From NCBI GenBank assembly GCA_964016885.1, contig OZ024748.1:8928001-8992000 (forward strand): 64,000 nucleotides of DNA. Direction: 5' to 3'. This DNA is from Eledone cirrhosa (taxonomy: Eukaryota). How positions within the stretch are numbered: position 1 is the first letter of the stretch; each line of letters begins with the position of its first letter. The notes under the pieces were generated by a model that was given only the letters and a program-made list of their open reading frames with translations, was not told the DNA's origin and did no database searches. A program made the translations under genes and the position numbers. Shown piece after piece: positions 29,078-43,760 of the stretch.

Positions 29078-29463
29078 AAGGAGTTCCGAAAGCTCAGTAA
29101 ATATAAAGATTCTGACAATTGAAATTGAGAAATTGTAGCATCTTAAAGCCTATAAAATACCAGTAATAATTGGGGAATTTGGAATGACAGAAAAGGGAAC
29201 AGAATTACATTTGGACCAGATACCTGGAAAACCAGATCTGTAAGAGATACAGAAAATAGTGCTGACTAGCACTGCCCATGTTCTGGGAAGGTATTATAAG
29301 TTTAAATACTTTGTAAAGACATTTTGTCATTGTGGTATCATTTGTAGAATAATTGATTGTTAAATATCTGAGCTACCAAATGTTGCCTAAGGTATCAAGT
29401 TGGCTATCGGCAATATATGGGAGAGAAGCAGAGTTCAAAGTAAGTTTCAAAAAATGATAATAA
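29078..29463 (+). mobile_element. R4/Dong-clade non-LTR retrotransposon 3' end (decayed REL endonuclease C-terminus plus 3' UTR)
   Basis: Translates with one frameshift and two stops as KEFRKLSKYKD/LTIEIEKL*HLKAYKIPVIIGEFGMTEKGTELHLDQIPGKPDL*EIQKIVLTSTAHVL, matching the R4/Dong pattern KYKDLxIEI…PVIIGALG…IQKIVLxxTAHIL. Ends in a short taa-type tail. Confidence 0.85.
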
Positions 29464-30029
29464 GAGAGAGAGAGGGGGGGGGGAGAAAGACAGTATGGGG
29501 CAAGGGGTGATGAAAATAAGATAATAATGATACAGACATTCAGACATAATACGAAGTTTGGTTAAGATCACATTTCATATGTCGAATACACGTGTTTCAC
29601 TAAAGAGAATAATAATAACATTTTGCTGTTTTAACAGCTTCCTTGCGTTGAGTTCTTCCCATTATTCTACGAATTCTAATACACTCGCGGTTCAAATATA
29701 TATATATATAACGCTGTGTAGACTTATTTTCTCTCTCTTTCCTTCTCTATCTACAGTTAATTCTTGTTACTGTCACGTTCTCTGTATATATTCTACTTAC
29801 ATTACAACTCTACACCTTTCCTCATTTTTTGTCCACTTCTGCTAACCATTCTTTCTATCACCTTTATGTAGTTCTAGGGCTGAAAGGTCGAAAAATTATT
29901 ATGACTTCTCCGACGTCAAGATTCAAACCAAACCATCACGTGTCCAGACCAAAGTCGATAATGTCCTTCTATTTATTGTGTACATGTTGATATCCTTTCA
30001 TGCTGCAGTCATTTGTTCGTCTTGGCCGT

Positions 30030-30190
30030 AAGACTTCAATATTTTCCTCTATTCTTTTATTGTTCTGTCTTCCATACATCTTTCCATAATAGTAATTTAC
30101 GTATAGTTCTTGACATTGTTGGAGAATATAGCCATTCCATCGTTTAAGACTGGAACTGCTTACGACAGTTAACAAAGTGACTCCCAACTT
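30030..30190 (-). mobile_element. Possible highly decayed RTE LINE remnant
   Basis: ORF-track peptide LLTVVSSSSLKRWNGYI…GRQNNKRIEENI loosely follows the RTE pattern LLxTVKxRKLxWxGH…GRQxKRWEDNI. Confidence 0.4.
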
Positions 30191-30290
30191 TTATGTTTTG
30201 CTTCGTCTCATTGTCTTGTGTTCTTGCTTTCATATACCTTCTTCCTAAATGAGAAACCAATTATTATTACTATTATTATTATTATTACCA

Positions 30291-30861
30291 TCAGGATTAC
30301 CAGTGTTGGTAAAGCGACGGACATCATGCTTTTTTGGAATGGGGTTAGTTCTGAGTTCAAATCCCGCCGAGGTTAGCTTTGCCTTTCATCCTTACGGTGT
30401 CGATAAAATAAAGTACCAGTCACGCACTAGGGCAGATTTAATCGATTTCCCTCCCCCCAAAATTACTGGCTTTGTGCCGAAATCAGAAGCCATACGTCCC
30501 TTTACGATCTGAGTTCAAATCCCACCGAGGTTGACTTTGCCTTTCATCCTTACGGGGTGGATAAAATAAAGTACCAGTAATGCACTGGGTAATTGCTGGC
30601 CTTGTGCCAAAAGTAGAAACAATTATTATTCTTAACTGTTTGGCAGTGTGTTGGAAAGGTCGTAAGAGCTTAGAACAAATTCTCGGCTGTATTTGTTCCG
30701 GCTTTTTACGTTCGAAGTTCAAATCCCGCCATGTTGAAATTTGCCCTTCATTCTTCCGAAGTCGATAAAATAAAATACCAGTTAACCTCTGGGGTAGATA
30801 TAATCGACTTACTCCCTCCCTCTAATTTGCTGGCCTTGTGCCAATATTAGAAAGAATTATT
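30291..30861 (+). mobile_element. Three head-to-tail SINE family A copies
   Basis: Copies at about 30291-30489, 30494-30630 (short young type) and 30639-30861 (older type). Each has a B box and the gtcgataaaataaa(g/a)taccag block or a close variant. Confidence 0.88.
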
Positions 30862-31208
30862 GCTATCTGTGTTTTTACAGAAATGAACTTATGCGCATGT
30901 TTGTGTACCTATGTGTGTGTTTGTGTACTTATGTGTGTGTTTGTGTACTTATGTGTGTGTTTGTGTAGTTGTGTGTGTGTGTGTTTGTGTACTTGTGTGT
31001 GTGCTTATGTGCATGTGTGTGCTTATGTGTTTATGTGTGTATGTGTGTACCTATGTGTGTGAGTGTTTGTGTGTGTAACTGAACACATGTATGGTATTTT
31101 GAGTTAGAGAAGATAGCTATGAATGTAGAAATTCCGTTTTCTATTTACATCCACCATCTCAAAGAAAGAAAGAGATAGACAGAGAGTTCTAGAGATAGAT
31201 AGAGAGAG

Positions 31209-31240
<32 letters not shown>

Positions 31241-31745
31241 TCTACAATGCTATTATGTTCTAGTAGCGGTCATTGTGTCCTTGCTAGCTGATGGATGGAG
31301 GGAGGTAGAAGGTGCTTCACACATTGGCGGACATCTCTATCTGTCCACTGCGAATAACCATAATTGAAACTATGGAGGCAGTTGCCTAGTAATGGTCAAG
31401 TGTATATATCGATGTAATGGACAGCCTGCGGTAGTGCTGGCTAAAATACAGGACAAAGAACCGCATTCTCGTATAAAATAGCAATGAAAAGGGAGACAGA
31501 GAGAGAGATGTTTGTATGTCGTTGTAAGTAGAGAAATAAGATGGTTGATGGTTGGTGGATGGTAGGTGAGGCTTGGTAGATGGATGGATGGTTTGTAGAA
31601 CGTTGGTGGACGGTGGGGGTGGATGGTAGAGGGTTGGATGGCGTTGGATGGTTGGCTGGCATTTGTCATATTGTTATAACGATGGCCTTTATTTCAGACA
31701 TTGTACATTCTCATTGAATTCCTTACTACTGCTACAATACCTGCA

Positions 31746-33640
31746 GATCATCATCATCATCATCATCGTCGTCATTACAACTATCATCATCATCATCATC
31801 ATCACCATCGCCATCATCATCATCATCATCACCATCATCATCATTGTCGCCAACATCATCCTTACTATCATGCTTATCATTATCAACGGCATTGTCACAA
31901 CCAGCACCGCCACAACTACCACCAACACCACCATTATCAATACCACCACAACTACCACCAACACCGCCACAACTACCACCAACACCACCACAACTACCAC
32001 CAACACACCATCATCAACACCACCACAACTACCACCAACACACCATCATCAACACCACCACAACTACCACCAACACACCATCATCAACACCACCACAACT
32101 ACCACCAACACACCATCATCAACACCACCACAACTACCACCAACACACCATCATCAACACCACCACAACTACCACCAACACACCATCATCAACACCACCA
32201 CAACTACCACCAACACCACCATTATCAATACCACCACAACTACCACCAACACACCATCATCAACACCACCACAACTACCACCAACACACCATCATCAACA
32301 CCACCACAACTACCACCAACACCACCATTATCAATACCACCACAACTACCACCAACACACCATCATCAACACCACCACAACTACCACCAACACCACCATT
32401 ATCAATATCACCACAACTACCACCAACACACCATCATCAACACCACCACAACTACAACCAACACCACCATTATCAATACCACCACAACTACCACCAACAC
32501 ACCATCATCAACACCACCACAACTACCACCACACCACCATTATCAATACCACCACAACTACCACCAACACACCATCATCAACACCACCACAACTACCACC
32601 AACACCACCATTATCAATACCACCACAACTACCACCAACACACCATCATCAACACCACCACAACTACCACCAACACCACCATTATCAATACCACCACAAC
32701 TACCACCAACACACCATCATCAACACCACCGCAACTACTACCAACACCAACATTATCAATACCACCACAACTACCACCAAGACCACCATTATCAACACCA
32801 CCACAACTACCACCAACACACCATCACCAACACCACCACAACTACTACCAACACCAACATTATCAATACCACCACAACTACCACCAAGACCACCATTATC
32901 AACACCACCACAACTACCACCAACACACCATCACCAACACCACCACAACTACCACCAACACCACCATTATCAATACCACCACAACTACCACCAAGACCAC
33001 CATTATCAATACCACCACAACTACCACCAACACACCATCATCAACACCACCGCAACTACTACCAACACCACCATTATCAATACCACCACAACTACCACCA
33101 ACACACCATCATCAACACCACCGCAACTACTACCAACACCAACATTATCAATACCACCACAACTACCACCAAGACCACCATTATCAACACCACCACAACT
33201 ACCACCAACACACCATCACCAACACCACCACAACTACCACCAACACCACCATTATCAATACCACCACAACTACCACCAAGACCACCATTATCAACACCAC
33301 CACAACTACCACCAACACACCATCACCAACACCACCACAACTACCACCAACACCACCATTATCAATACCACCACAACTACCACCAAGACCACCATTATCA
33401 ATACCACCACAACTACCACCAACACACCATCATCAACACCACCGCAACTACTACCAACACCAACATTATCAATACCACCACAACTACCACCAAGACCACC
33501 ATTATCAACACCACCACAACTACCACCAACACACCATCACCAACACCACCACAACTACCACCAACACCCCCACAACTACCACCAACACCACCACAACTAC
33601 CACCAACACCACCACAACTACCACCAACACCACCACAACT
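31746..33640. repeat. (CAT)n grading into an ACC-rich 35/36-bp complex minisatellite
   Basis: Units accaccacaactaccaccaac + acaccatcatcaac (35 bp) or + accaccattatcaat (36 bp). Confidence 0.92.
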
Positions 33641-33669
33641 AACAACATCAAAACAACTGGGTGCTGGTG

Positions 33670-34990
33670 GTTGATGGTGATGTCAATGGTTGTGATGGTG
33701 ATGTCAATGGTTGTGATGGTGATGTCAATGGTTGTGATGGTGATGTCAATGGTTGTGATGGTGATGTCAATGGTTGTGATGGTGATGTCAATGGTTGTGA
33801 TGGTGATGTCAATGGTTGTGGTGGTGATGTCAATGGTTGTGGTGGTGATGTCAATGGTTGTGGTGGTGATGTCAATGGTTGTGATGGTGATGTCAATGGT
33901 TGTGATGGTGATGTCAATGGTTGTGATGGTGATGTCAATGTTTGTGGTGGTGATGTCAATGGTTGTGGTGGTGATGTCAATGGTTGTGATGGTGATGTCA
34001 ATGGTTGTGGTGGTGATGTCAATGGTTGTGGTGGTGATGTCAATGGTTGTGGTGGTGATGTCAATGGTTGTGGTGGTGATGTCAATGGTTGTGGTGGTGA
34101 TGTCAATGGTTGTGGTGGTGATGTCAATGGTTGTGGTGGTGATGTCAATGGTTGTGATGGTGATGTCAATGGTTGTGGTGGTGATGTCAATGGTTGTGGT
34201 GGTGATGTCAATGGTTGTGATGGTGATGTCAATGGTTGTGGTGGTGATGTCAATGGTTGTGGTGGTGATGTCAATGGTTGTGATGGTGATGTCAATGGTT
34301 GTGGTGGTGATGTCAATGGTTGTGGTGGTGATGTCAATGGTTGTGGTGGTGATGTCAATGGTTGTGATGGTGATGTCAATGGTTGTGATGGTGATGTCAA
34401 TGGTTGTGGTGGTGATGTCAATGGTTGTGATGGTGATGTCAATGGTTGTGATGGTGATGTCAATGGTTGTGGTGGTGATGTCAATGGTTGTGATGGTGAT
34501 GTCAATGGTTGTGGTGGTGATGTCAATGGTTGTGGTGGTGATGTCAATGGTTGTGATGGTGATGTCAATGGTTGTGATGGTGATGTCAATGGTTGTGGTG
34601 GTGATGTCAATGGTTGTGATGGTGATGTCAATGGTTGTGGTGGTGATGTCAATGGTTGTGGTGGTGATGTCAATGGTTGTGGTGGTGATGTCAATGGTTG
34701 TGATGGTGATGTCAATGGTTGTGATGGTGATGTCAATGGTTGTGGTGGTGATGTCAATGGTTGTGATGGTGATGTCAATGGTTGTGATGGTGATGTCAAT
34801 GTTTGTGATGGTGATGTCAATGTTTGTGGTGGTGATGTCAATGGTTGTGGTGGTGATGTCAATGGTTGTGATGTTGATGTCAATGGTTGTGATGTTGATG
34901 TCAATGGTTGTGATGGTGATGTCAATGGTTGTGGTGGTGATGTCAATGGTTGTGATGGTGATGTCAATGTTTGTGATGGTGATGTCAATG
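33670..34990. repeat. 21-bp minisatellite, about 63 copies
   Basis: Unit g(a/g)tggtgatgtcaatggttgt, essentially two interspersed variants. Confidence 0.96.
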
Positions 34991-35422
34991 GTGTTGTTCT
35001 CAATGGTGGTGGTGTTAATGGTGATGTTGTCAATGGTAGTGTTGTCAATGGTGGTGTTATTAATGATGGCGGTGGTGTTGTCAATGGTGGTAGTGGTGGT
35101 GGTGTTGTTTGGTGGTGGTGTTGTCGATGGTGGTGGTGGTGGTGGTGTTGTTGTTTGGTGGTGCTGTTGTCGATGGTGGTGGTGGTGGTGTTGTTTATGC
35201 GTTGTGGTTGTGTTGTTGATGTGTGGTGGTGGTGATGGTGTTGTTGGTGGTGGTGGTGTTATGTATGTTACTACAGTGTTGGAGGTTACGTTAGTGACGT
35301 TACTTGTGGTGGTGGTGATGTAGGGATGACAGTGGTGTTGGTGCTGCTGATGATGATCCTTGTGGTGGTGATGATGATAATAATGACTATGGTGGCTCTT
35401 GTGGTGATAGTAGTGATGACGA
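34991..35422. repeat. Degenerate (GGT/GAT)n low-complexity tail
   Basis: Directly visible. Confidence 0.85.
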
Positions 35423-35794
35423 CAGACGCCGTACACAACTGCAGCAGTCTCACCGGTCTAGAAGGCCACGGGCTTGCAACCCCTTTCCCCTAGACGACCA
35501 AACCTATAAATACAAATTACATCAACCCCTCCCCCCACACATGTGTTGGCGGGGAGGGGGACTGAAGGAAGCGTCCATAGTAGGGCAGAAATGGGGGAAT
35601 GGTGGGGATGATGAGGGTGGCGAAGGTGAGGGTGGCGGCGAAGGTGAGGGTGGGGAAGATGAGGGTGGGAGTGAGAGGAATTAAGCAGGGAGAGGCCATG
35701 AACAAGGAAAGGAAGCAGTGAAGCAAGAATTCAAGGTTAAAGTACATCAAGAGATTATTCCTTCAGTACATTATCCGTTCGTTGTAAAACCACC

Positions 35795-36380
35795 GCCACC
35801 ACCACCACCCTCACTATCCAGTTGACCCCACCACCACCACCACGCTCTCTATCCAGCTGATCCCCCTCCCCTCTCTATCCAGCTGACCCACCACCACCCT
35901 CTCTATCCAGCTAATCCCCCCCCCCTCTCTATGCAGTTGATCCCACCACCACCATCACTATCCAGCCGACCGACCACCACCACCATCTCTATCTAGCTGA
36001 CCCACCACCACCACCACCACCAGCACCATCTCTATCCAGTTGATCACACCACCACCTCCATCCAGCTGAGCCACCACCACCACCACCACCACCATCTCTA
36101 TCCAGTTGATCCCACCACCACCACCACCACCACCTCTATCCAACTGACCCCCACCACCACCACCATCTCTATCTAGCTGACCCACCACCACCACCACCAC
36201 CACCGCCACCACCATCTCTATCCAGTTGATCACACCACCATCACCACCTCCATCCAGCTGAGCCACCACCACCACCACCACCACCACCACCATCTCTATC
36301 CAGTTGATCCCACCACCACCACCACCACCACCTCTATCCAACTGACCCCCACCGCCGCCACCATCTCTATCCAGCTGATC
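35795..36380. repeat. Complex minisatellite: (cca)n spacer of variable length plus tctctatccag(c/t)tga core, with an internal duplication of about 180 bp
   Basis: The core recurs more than 10 times; 35975-36165 is repeated at 36155-36360. Confidence 0.85.
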
Positions 36381-36638
36381 AACAAATTCTATAATCCGCT
36401 CCGGACAATCGCCGTACATTTTTGGTGTTTGGCCAAGTGTGAGTCATGCTTGCCGGGTTTTTACAGCTTAATAAACCAGAATGGCGTCGCCTGAGACCCC
36501 CGACTCCATTTTGTCGTCTAAAACAGAGAAAACTGTGTAAGGAATTCCTTCAATAACCAACAGCATCACCTTTCTCTTCTCCTACCCGTCACACTACAAG
36601 CCTTCTTCTCTCCCTCCCACTCTCTCTATCTCTGTGTG

Positions 36639-37470
<832 letters not shown>

Positions 37471-37475
37471 GAATA

Positions 37476-37514
37476 TGAACCTGAAGATTGCGAAAGCATG
37501 AAAGTACTTGTTCA
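37476..37514 (+). ncRNA. Ultra-minimal type I hammerhead ribozyme motif (family H3)
   Basis: tgaac CTGAAGA t-tgc-gaaa-gca-t GAAA GTAC TT gttca: 5-bp stem I, GNRA-capped stem II, palindromic stem III, predicted cleavage after 37509 (CUU). Confidence 0.78.
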
Positions 37515-37675
37515 ATTAACACTTAACATTTAATATTCTGCTATACTATTTCATTATAATACCATTATAACTATAATTTTAAAGGATTGTAAATAAAACG
37601 AGTAAATCAGACAAAGTTGGAATTCCTTTTATTAATATAATCTTCTATACACAATCATACACACCCGTGTATATT

Positions 37676-37735
<60 letters not shown>

Positions 37736-37773
37736 CGTGCGTGCGTGTGTATGTGTGTGTGTGTATGTGTGTG

Positions 37774-37820
<47 letters not shown>

Positions 37821-37822
37821 GC

Positions 37823-37863
<41 letters not shown>

Positions 37864-37959
37864 TGTGTGTATAATGGTAGCTATGATGCTTCCATAGGCG
37901 GTAGCCAGTTGAGCACTCTATGTTCTTACAGTGAGAAAATTTGTTCCGAAAGTATTGCA

Positions 37960-38049
37960 TGTGTCCGAAGAATCTGCAGATCTAGAATCAGACAGATCCA
38001 TACAATGACCCTGTCTCGAGCTATCTGCCAGCGAAACAATTGTAACACA
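37960..38049 (+). ncRNA. Type I hammerhead ribozyme motif, core variant CCGAAGA (family H4)
   Basis: tgtgt CCGAAGA [ctgcagat…agacag…ctgtct…atctgccag]c GAAA CAATTG TA acaca, then aataaa and (TA)n 25 nt later. Confidence 0.7.
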
Positions 38050-38080
38050 CAATAAACTGAGTCCAGATGCATCACTGATC

Positions 38081-38632
<552 letters not shown>

Positions 38633-39399
38633 AGAGACAGAACAATTCTATTTGTTTGTGAGTGTGCAAGTGAACGTGAATGTGTGTATTTAAGTATATG
38701 TGTGGTGTGAAAGCGATAAGGTTTGTGTCTGTGTGTGTACGTATGTGTATTGGTGTGACAGTGAGTGTAAGTGTGTGTGTGTGCGTTATGTGTTAGACGT
38801 ATGTGTGTCTGTATGTGTTATGTGTAGACGTGTGTATGACAATGTGTGTGTGTATATGTGTAGACATATGTATATGTCTACACATATACAAGCCCTCCAT
38901 ATCACTATTACAGTAATTTCAACATTATGTTCTCTCTACTCAGTGTTAATCAGTATTAGAGTCATATTAAAAGACCCCTATTAGATTACTGTCTCAAAGG
39001 ATGTATGAGGTGAGAAAACTTCTTGTTGATCTCATTCAATTCAAACAAACCTCCCAATCTTTTCTAATTATATTAATTATATTAAATTAATTGCAGTTAA
39101 TTACATTTCATATCACGTTAAATTCACTTGATAATTTGGTGTGGTAGAGTAAAAAAAAAACAGTTTGCTTAATAACTTCTCTAAATGTTAACGCATTTTT
39201 AATGTGTCTGTAGAAAGGCTGAGGAGAGTTAAGGAATATGAAACTATATTTATTTCACCTGGTGAACCCACCCGTGACACACCCTTGCAAAAGGCACGTG
39301 GGTTACCTATCAGTTACACATCAAAGAAATGTGAATTGTGTCTAAATTTAAATAAAAACAAAAACGAATATACAGAACTTACATTCTAATTGTTTAATA

Positions 39400-39585
39400 C
39401 ACTCCCAATCAACTGATTGAGAAATTTATTAAAGCCATCCCAGCCACGACCATCTCGTTGTGTAAAGAAAGGACATATAGGACAGCTTAGCTCCGTGTTA
39501 TCTGAGCGGGTTTAAATATTGTAGAATGTGATCTAGGGATGATTTGGCTGCTGTTTATAGCAGATCGAGAGATCACATGTAAGCT
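39400..39585 (-). mobile_element. Old dispersed repeat family C
   Basis: ccatcccagccacgaccatc…gatttggctgctgtttatagcagatcgag is the reverse complement of motifs in 20330-20505. Confidence 0.6.
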
Positions 39586-39957
39586 ACAAGTTTAACTCAT
39601 TAAGTAACGAATGTTATAGAAATAAGATCAACTTGAGAAAAGAATGGTTCCCTGTTCCAAGTTTCGATTAGATGCCCTCCATATCATAAACCTTCAGGTC
39701 ACAAGGAGTTTAAAACCTGGCTCTCCATTGGAACTACTCTATGTGGAAGTTCAAGGTCTTAACATTGAATCTATGGAATACTGAGTCAAACTTCTCACCT
39801 CTCGTCACTAATATTCTGTCTCTCATCAACCTGGTCCAACCTATTGAAACCAAAATATCTTTAACATATTTCTGATTGAGTTAACGACGTTATTTGGTAT
39901 TGGGGGGAGTAGTGATGGTGTTGGTGGTAGTAGTGTTGGTGTCCGTGGTAGTAGTGT

Positions 39958-40533
39958 TAACTAACAGAATATCGTTGATTCCTTACAATAGTTTAACTAA
40001 CAGATATCGTTGATTCCTTACAATAGTTTAACTAACAGAATATCGTTGATTCCTTACAATAGTTTAACTAACAGAATATCGTTGATTCCTTACAATAGTT
40101 TAACTAACAGAATATCGTTGATTCCTTACAATAGTTTAACTAACAGAATATCGTTGATTCCTTACAATAGTTTAACTAACAGAATATCGTTGATTCCTTA
40201 CAATAGTTTAACTAACAGAATATCGTTGATTCCTTACAATAGTTTAACTAACAGATATCGTTGACTCCTTACAATAGTTTAACTAACAGATATCGTTGAT
40301 TCCTTACAATAGTTTAACTAACAGAATATCGTTGATTCCTTACAATAGTTTAACTAACAGAATATCGTTGATTCCTTACAATAGTTTAACTAACAGAATA
40401 TCGTTGATTCCTTACAATAGTTTAACTAACAGAATATCGTTGATTCCTTACAATAGTTTAACTAACAGAATATCGTTGATTCCTTACAATAGTTTAACTA
40501 ACAGATATCGTTGATTCCTTACAATAGTTTAAC
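39958..40533. repeat. 36-bp near-perfect tandem array, 16 copies
   Basis: Unit aactaacagaatatcgttgattccttacaatagttt; four copies lack one A and one has a substitution; no spacers. Confidence 0.97.
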
Positions 40534-40999
40534 TGTTAGTGTTAAAGATTAGGTTTTTAGTTGATGTGAAATCTACTAGTAATTATTACTGTACAGTCCA
40601 ACTACCAAAATGCCACTTTAAGTATAAAAAGAATGTTTAGTATAATATCTCAGTCGTAAATAATATTGTTTAGTTCATATAATGAAAATTAATAGTTTAC
40701 TCTCGAAATATTACATTACCAGCTAACTTCTCTTCTTCCTCTCTGTGTGTGTATATATATATATACATACATACATGTATGTACTTGTATATATATAAAT
40801 ATGCATGTATATACTTACATATACATATATGATAATAAATATATATACATACATACATACATATATATATATACATGTATATACTTATATATATATACAT
40901 GTATATACTTACATATATATATACATGTATGTACTTACATATATATATATACACGTATGTACTTACATATATATTTATATATATATGCATGTTTGTACT

Positions 41000-41030
<31 letters not shown>

Positions 41031-41396
41031 ACAATACATGCATACATACATACACGCACACATACAACATACATACTTACACACATCCACACACATATAA
41101 ACATACATATATGTTACCGAGGAGTCAACAGCTAATGTGGTATTTTGTTAGAATTACGAAGAAAGAATTCAATAAATAAATACATAAGATTACAGGCTCA
41201 TTATCAACAAGTGAACAGTGAAAAAGATACGGTGGTAAAAAGGACGAGAATTTAAGTGATAATTGTAACAGAAGTCGATTAAGAAAGCAGAATTAGAAAA
41301 GTCATATTGAGAAGAAAAGAGAAAGAAACAAAAAAAGAAAGAAAGAAGGTAAGAAAATAATGAGAGAGAAAGACATATACATACATATGCATACAG

Positions 41397-41470
<74 letters not shown>

Positions 41471-43473
41471 GAGAGAGATACAGGGAGATAGGGATATATA
41501 TATACAGAGAGGGGGAGAGATACAGGGAGAGGGGGATATATATATATACAGAGAGGGGGAGAGCTAGATAGATAGATACAGAGAGAAAGAGAGAGCAAAT
41601 TAATCTATTGGAAAGTATTTTATATATAAAAAGAAAGCAAGAAACAAACAAGAAGGCAACTGTGAGTGGTGTTAAAAGAAATGTAGATATGGCAGAAGAA
41701 TGGAGAGTGAGGTAGAATTAGAAGGTGCTATATAGAGGGGGCGGGGAGGGGGGAGGGGTAAGGATGGGGGAGGTAGAATTAGAAGGTGCTATATGGCGTG
41801 GGGGGAGGTATGTAGGTACATAGGAATAAAACTAAGAAACAAAGTAGACTGAAATAATCAGTAAGAGTAGAAAATAGGAATTAAATATGTAAAAAAAAAA
41901 AAAAAGATGGAGGAATAAAGAATAAAGATAAATTGCAGGAAAGACAGAACGATGCAAGACTGTACGGAAGAAAAAAGAAAAAGAAAAAGAAAAAGAAAAT
42001 CAAGAAAAAAATAAATACAGAAGTAAAAAAAAAAAAGAGTATTTCGGAACAACTAAACGTTAAATGAAATCACCAGGAAGAAATCTTGTCGAAAAAAAGA
42101 AATATATATATATATATATAAATTGAAAATAACAAAAGACAAGCGCTGGTTGATCGGAAAATCTAAACGTGCAATGGTGTTGCCAGGTAGCTTCCGTCCA
42201 AAGAAATTTCCATTTGATAAGTGCATTAATTTACACCAGAAAGTAGATATATCTTGCAAATAATTGTAATTTAATTATATTAAGGTTTTGTTACGATTTC
42301 AAAGAATTTGCAATAAAATACCACGTAAAATTAACTGTATATGTCTGTATGTGCCTATGTATGTGCGTATGTCTGTATGTGTGCCTGTGTGTCTATGTAT
42401 GGGTGTCTATGTATTATGTGTGTTTATGTATGTGTGTGTCTATGTATGTATGTCTATGTATGTGTTTACGTATGTATGTGTGTACGTATGTATGTACGTG
42501 TGTATGTGTGTCTACATGTTAGCGTTTAGTTTCCGTGTTGTTGTTTTTTAAAATTCTTGTAAAGTTTTTAATGAATTCAAAAAGAATTATTTTTCTAGCT
42601 AATTCCTGATGAATATTTCAACAGTCACACACTACACACCTTAATCTACCACTGAGCTTTCTATATATCATTTCATCTTAATAGGTGTTGTGAATTAAGT
42701 TGCATCAGGCCAAACAGAAACCTACATTTACAGAAAACGTTTGTTTTTGTTGTCGTTTTTAATCTTTTACAGTTGTGTAGAACCGAGATTAAAATTCTAG
42801 AAAAAAGTGTAAAGAAGGAATTATTTTGTGAAAAAGGGAAATACCTTAGATTTTGGTGACATTTCTCAAGAATATATTTCGTGCCTTACATATTTTTTTT
42901 AACAAACTTTGCTCCCTACGAACCGAAAAGTTTGAAGCTCGTGCAAAAAGATTTTCAAAGTTAAGAGTGAAGAACTAAAGAGTATTTTTCTACAACGAAT
43001 GTATTTATTATACAGTCGTATTTATAAATTGTTTCTGATTTCAATAAAAGGCTTTATTCTGATGGTGACTAGCGTAAAAAAACTGATACGTGCCAATGAG
43101 GCGACCTCTACGTGATCACACGAAATGCTATAAATAGCAGTCAGATAACTCTCAAAGCATGAAACATTGGGTAATGCAGACTTAGACAGGTCATGCACGA
43201 GAGGTGGTTCAACAATATATATTGTTAAGTTAACCCTGAGGCTAAACAACAACAACAAAACCGTTCCAAATGCTGGTATTCAATGGAGTATTATATGGTA
43301 GATACCTGGTTGATATTCACCGCCGAGTATGATATATAGGTTCCAATGAGTAAGAGCTGGAAACTGGAGCTGGTGGAGATGTGCCTACAGTAATAGTGCA
43401 TTGCACTATAGTGGATTACACAACAGTTTAGATCTTGCAGGCCTTTACGTAACTTTACTGAAACACGTGTTAG

Positions 43474-43760
<287 letters not shown>

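Noticed and set aside
31648-35436. Long ORFs of 478-1159 aa (Thr/Pro/His-rich, VMSMV and DGDVNGC repeats)
   Set aside because: They are translations of stop-free minisatellites, open in several frames on both strands, with no unique domain or splice context.
39958-40533. 36-bp repeat with CRISPR-like length
   Set aside because: The units are contiguous with no spacers, there are no cas genes, and the context is eukaryotic.
41709-41810. G-rich tract with a 25-bp duplication (G-quadruplex potential)
   Set aside because: This is a common low-complexity feature with no evidence of function.
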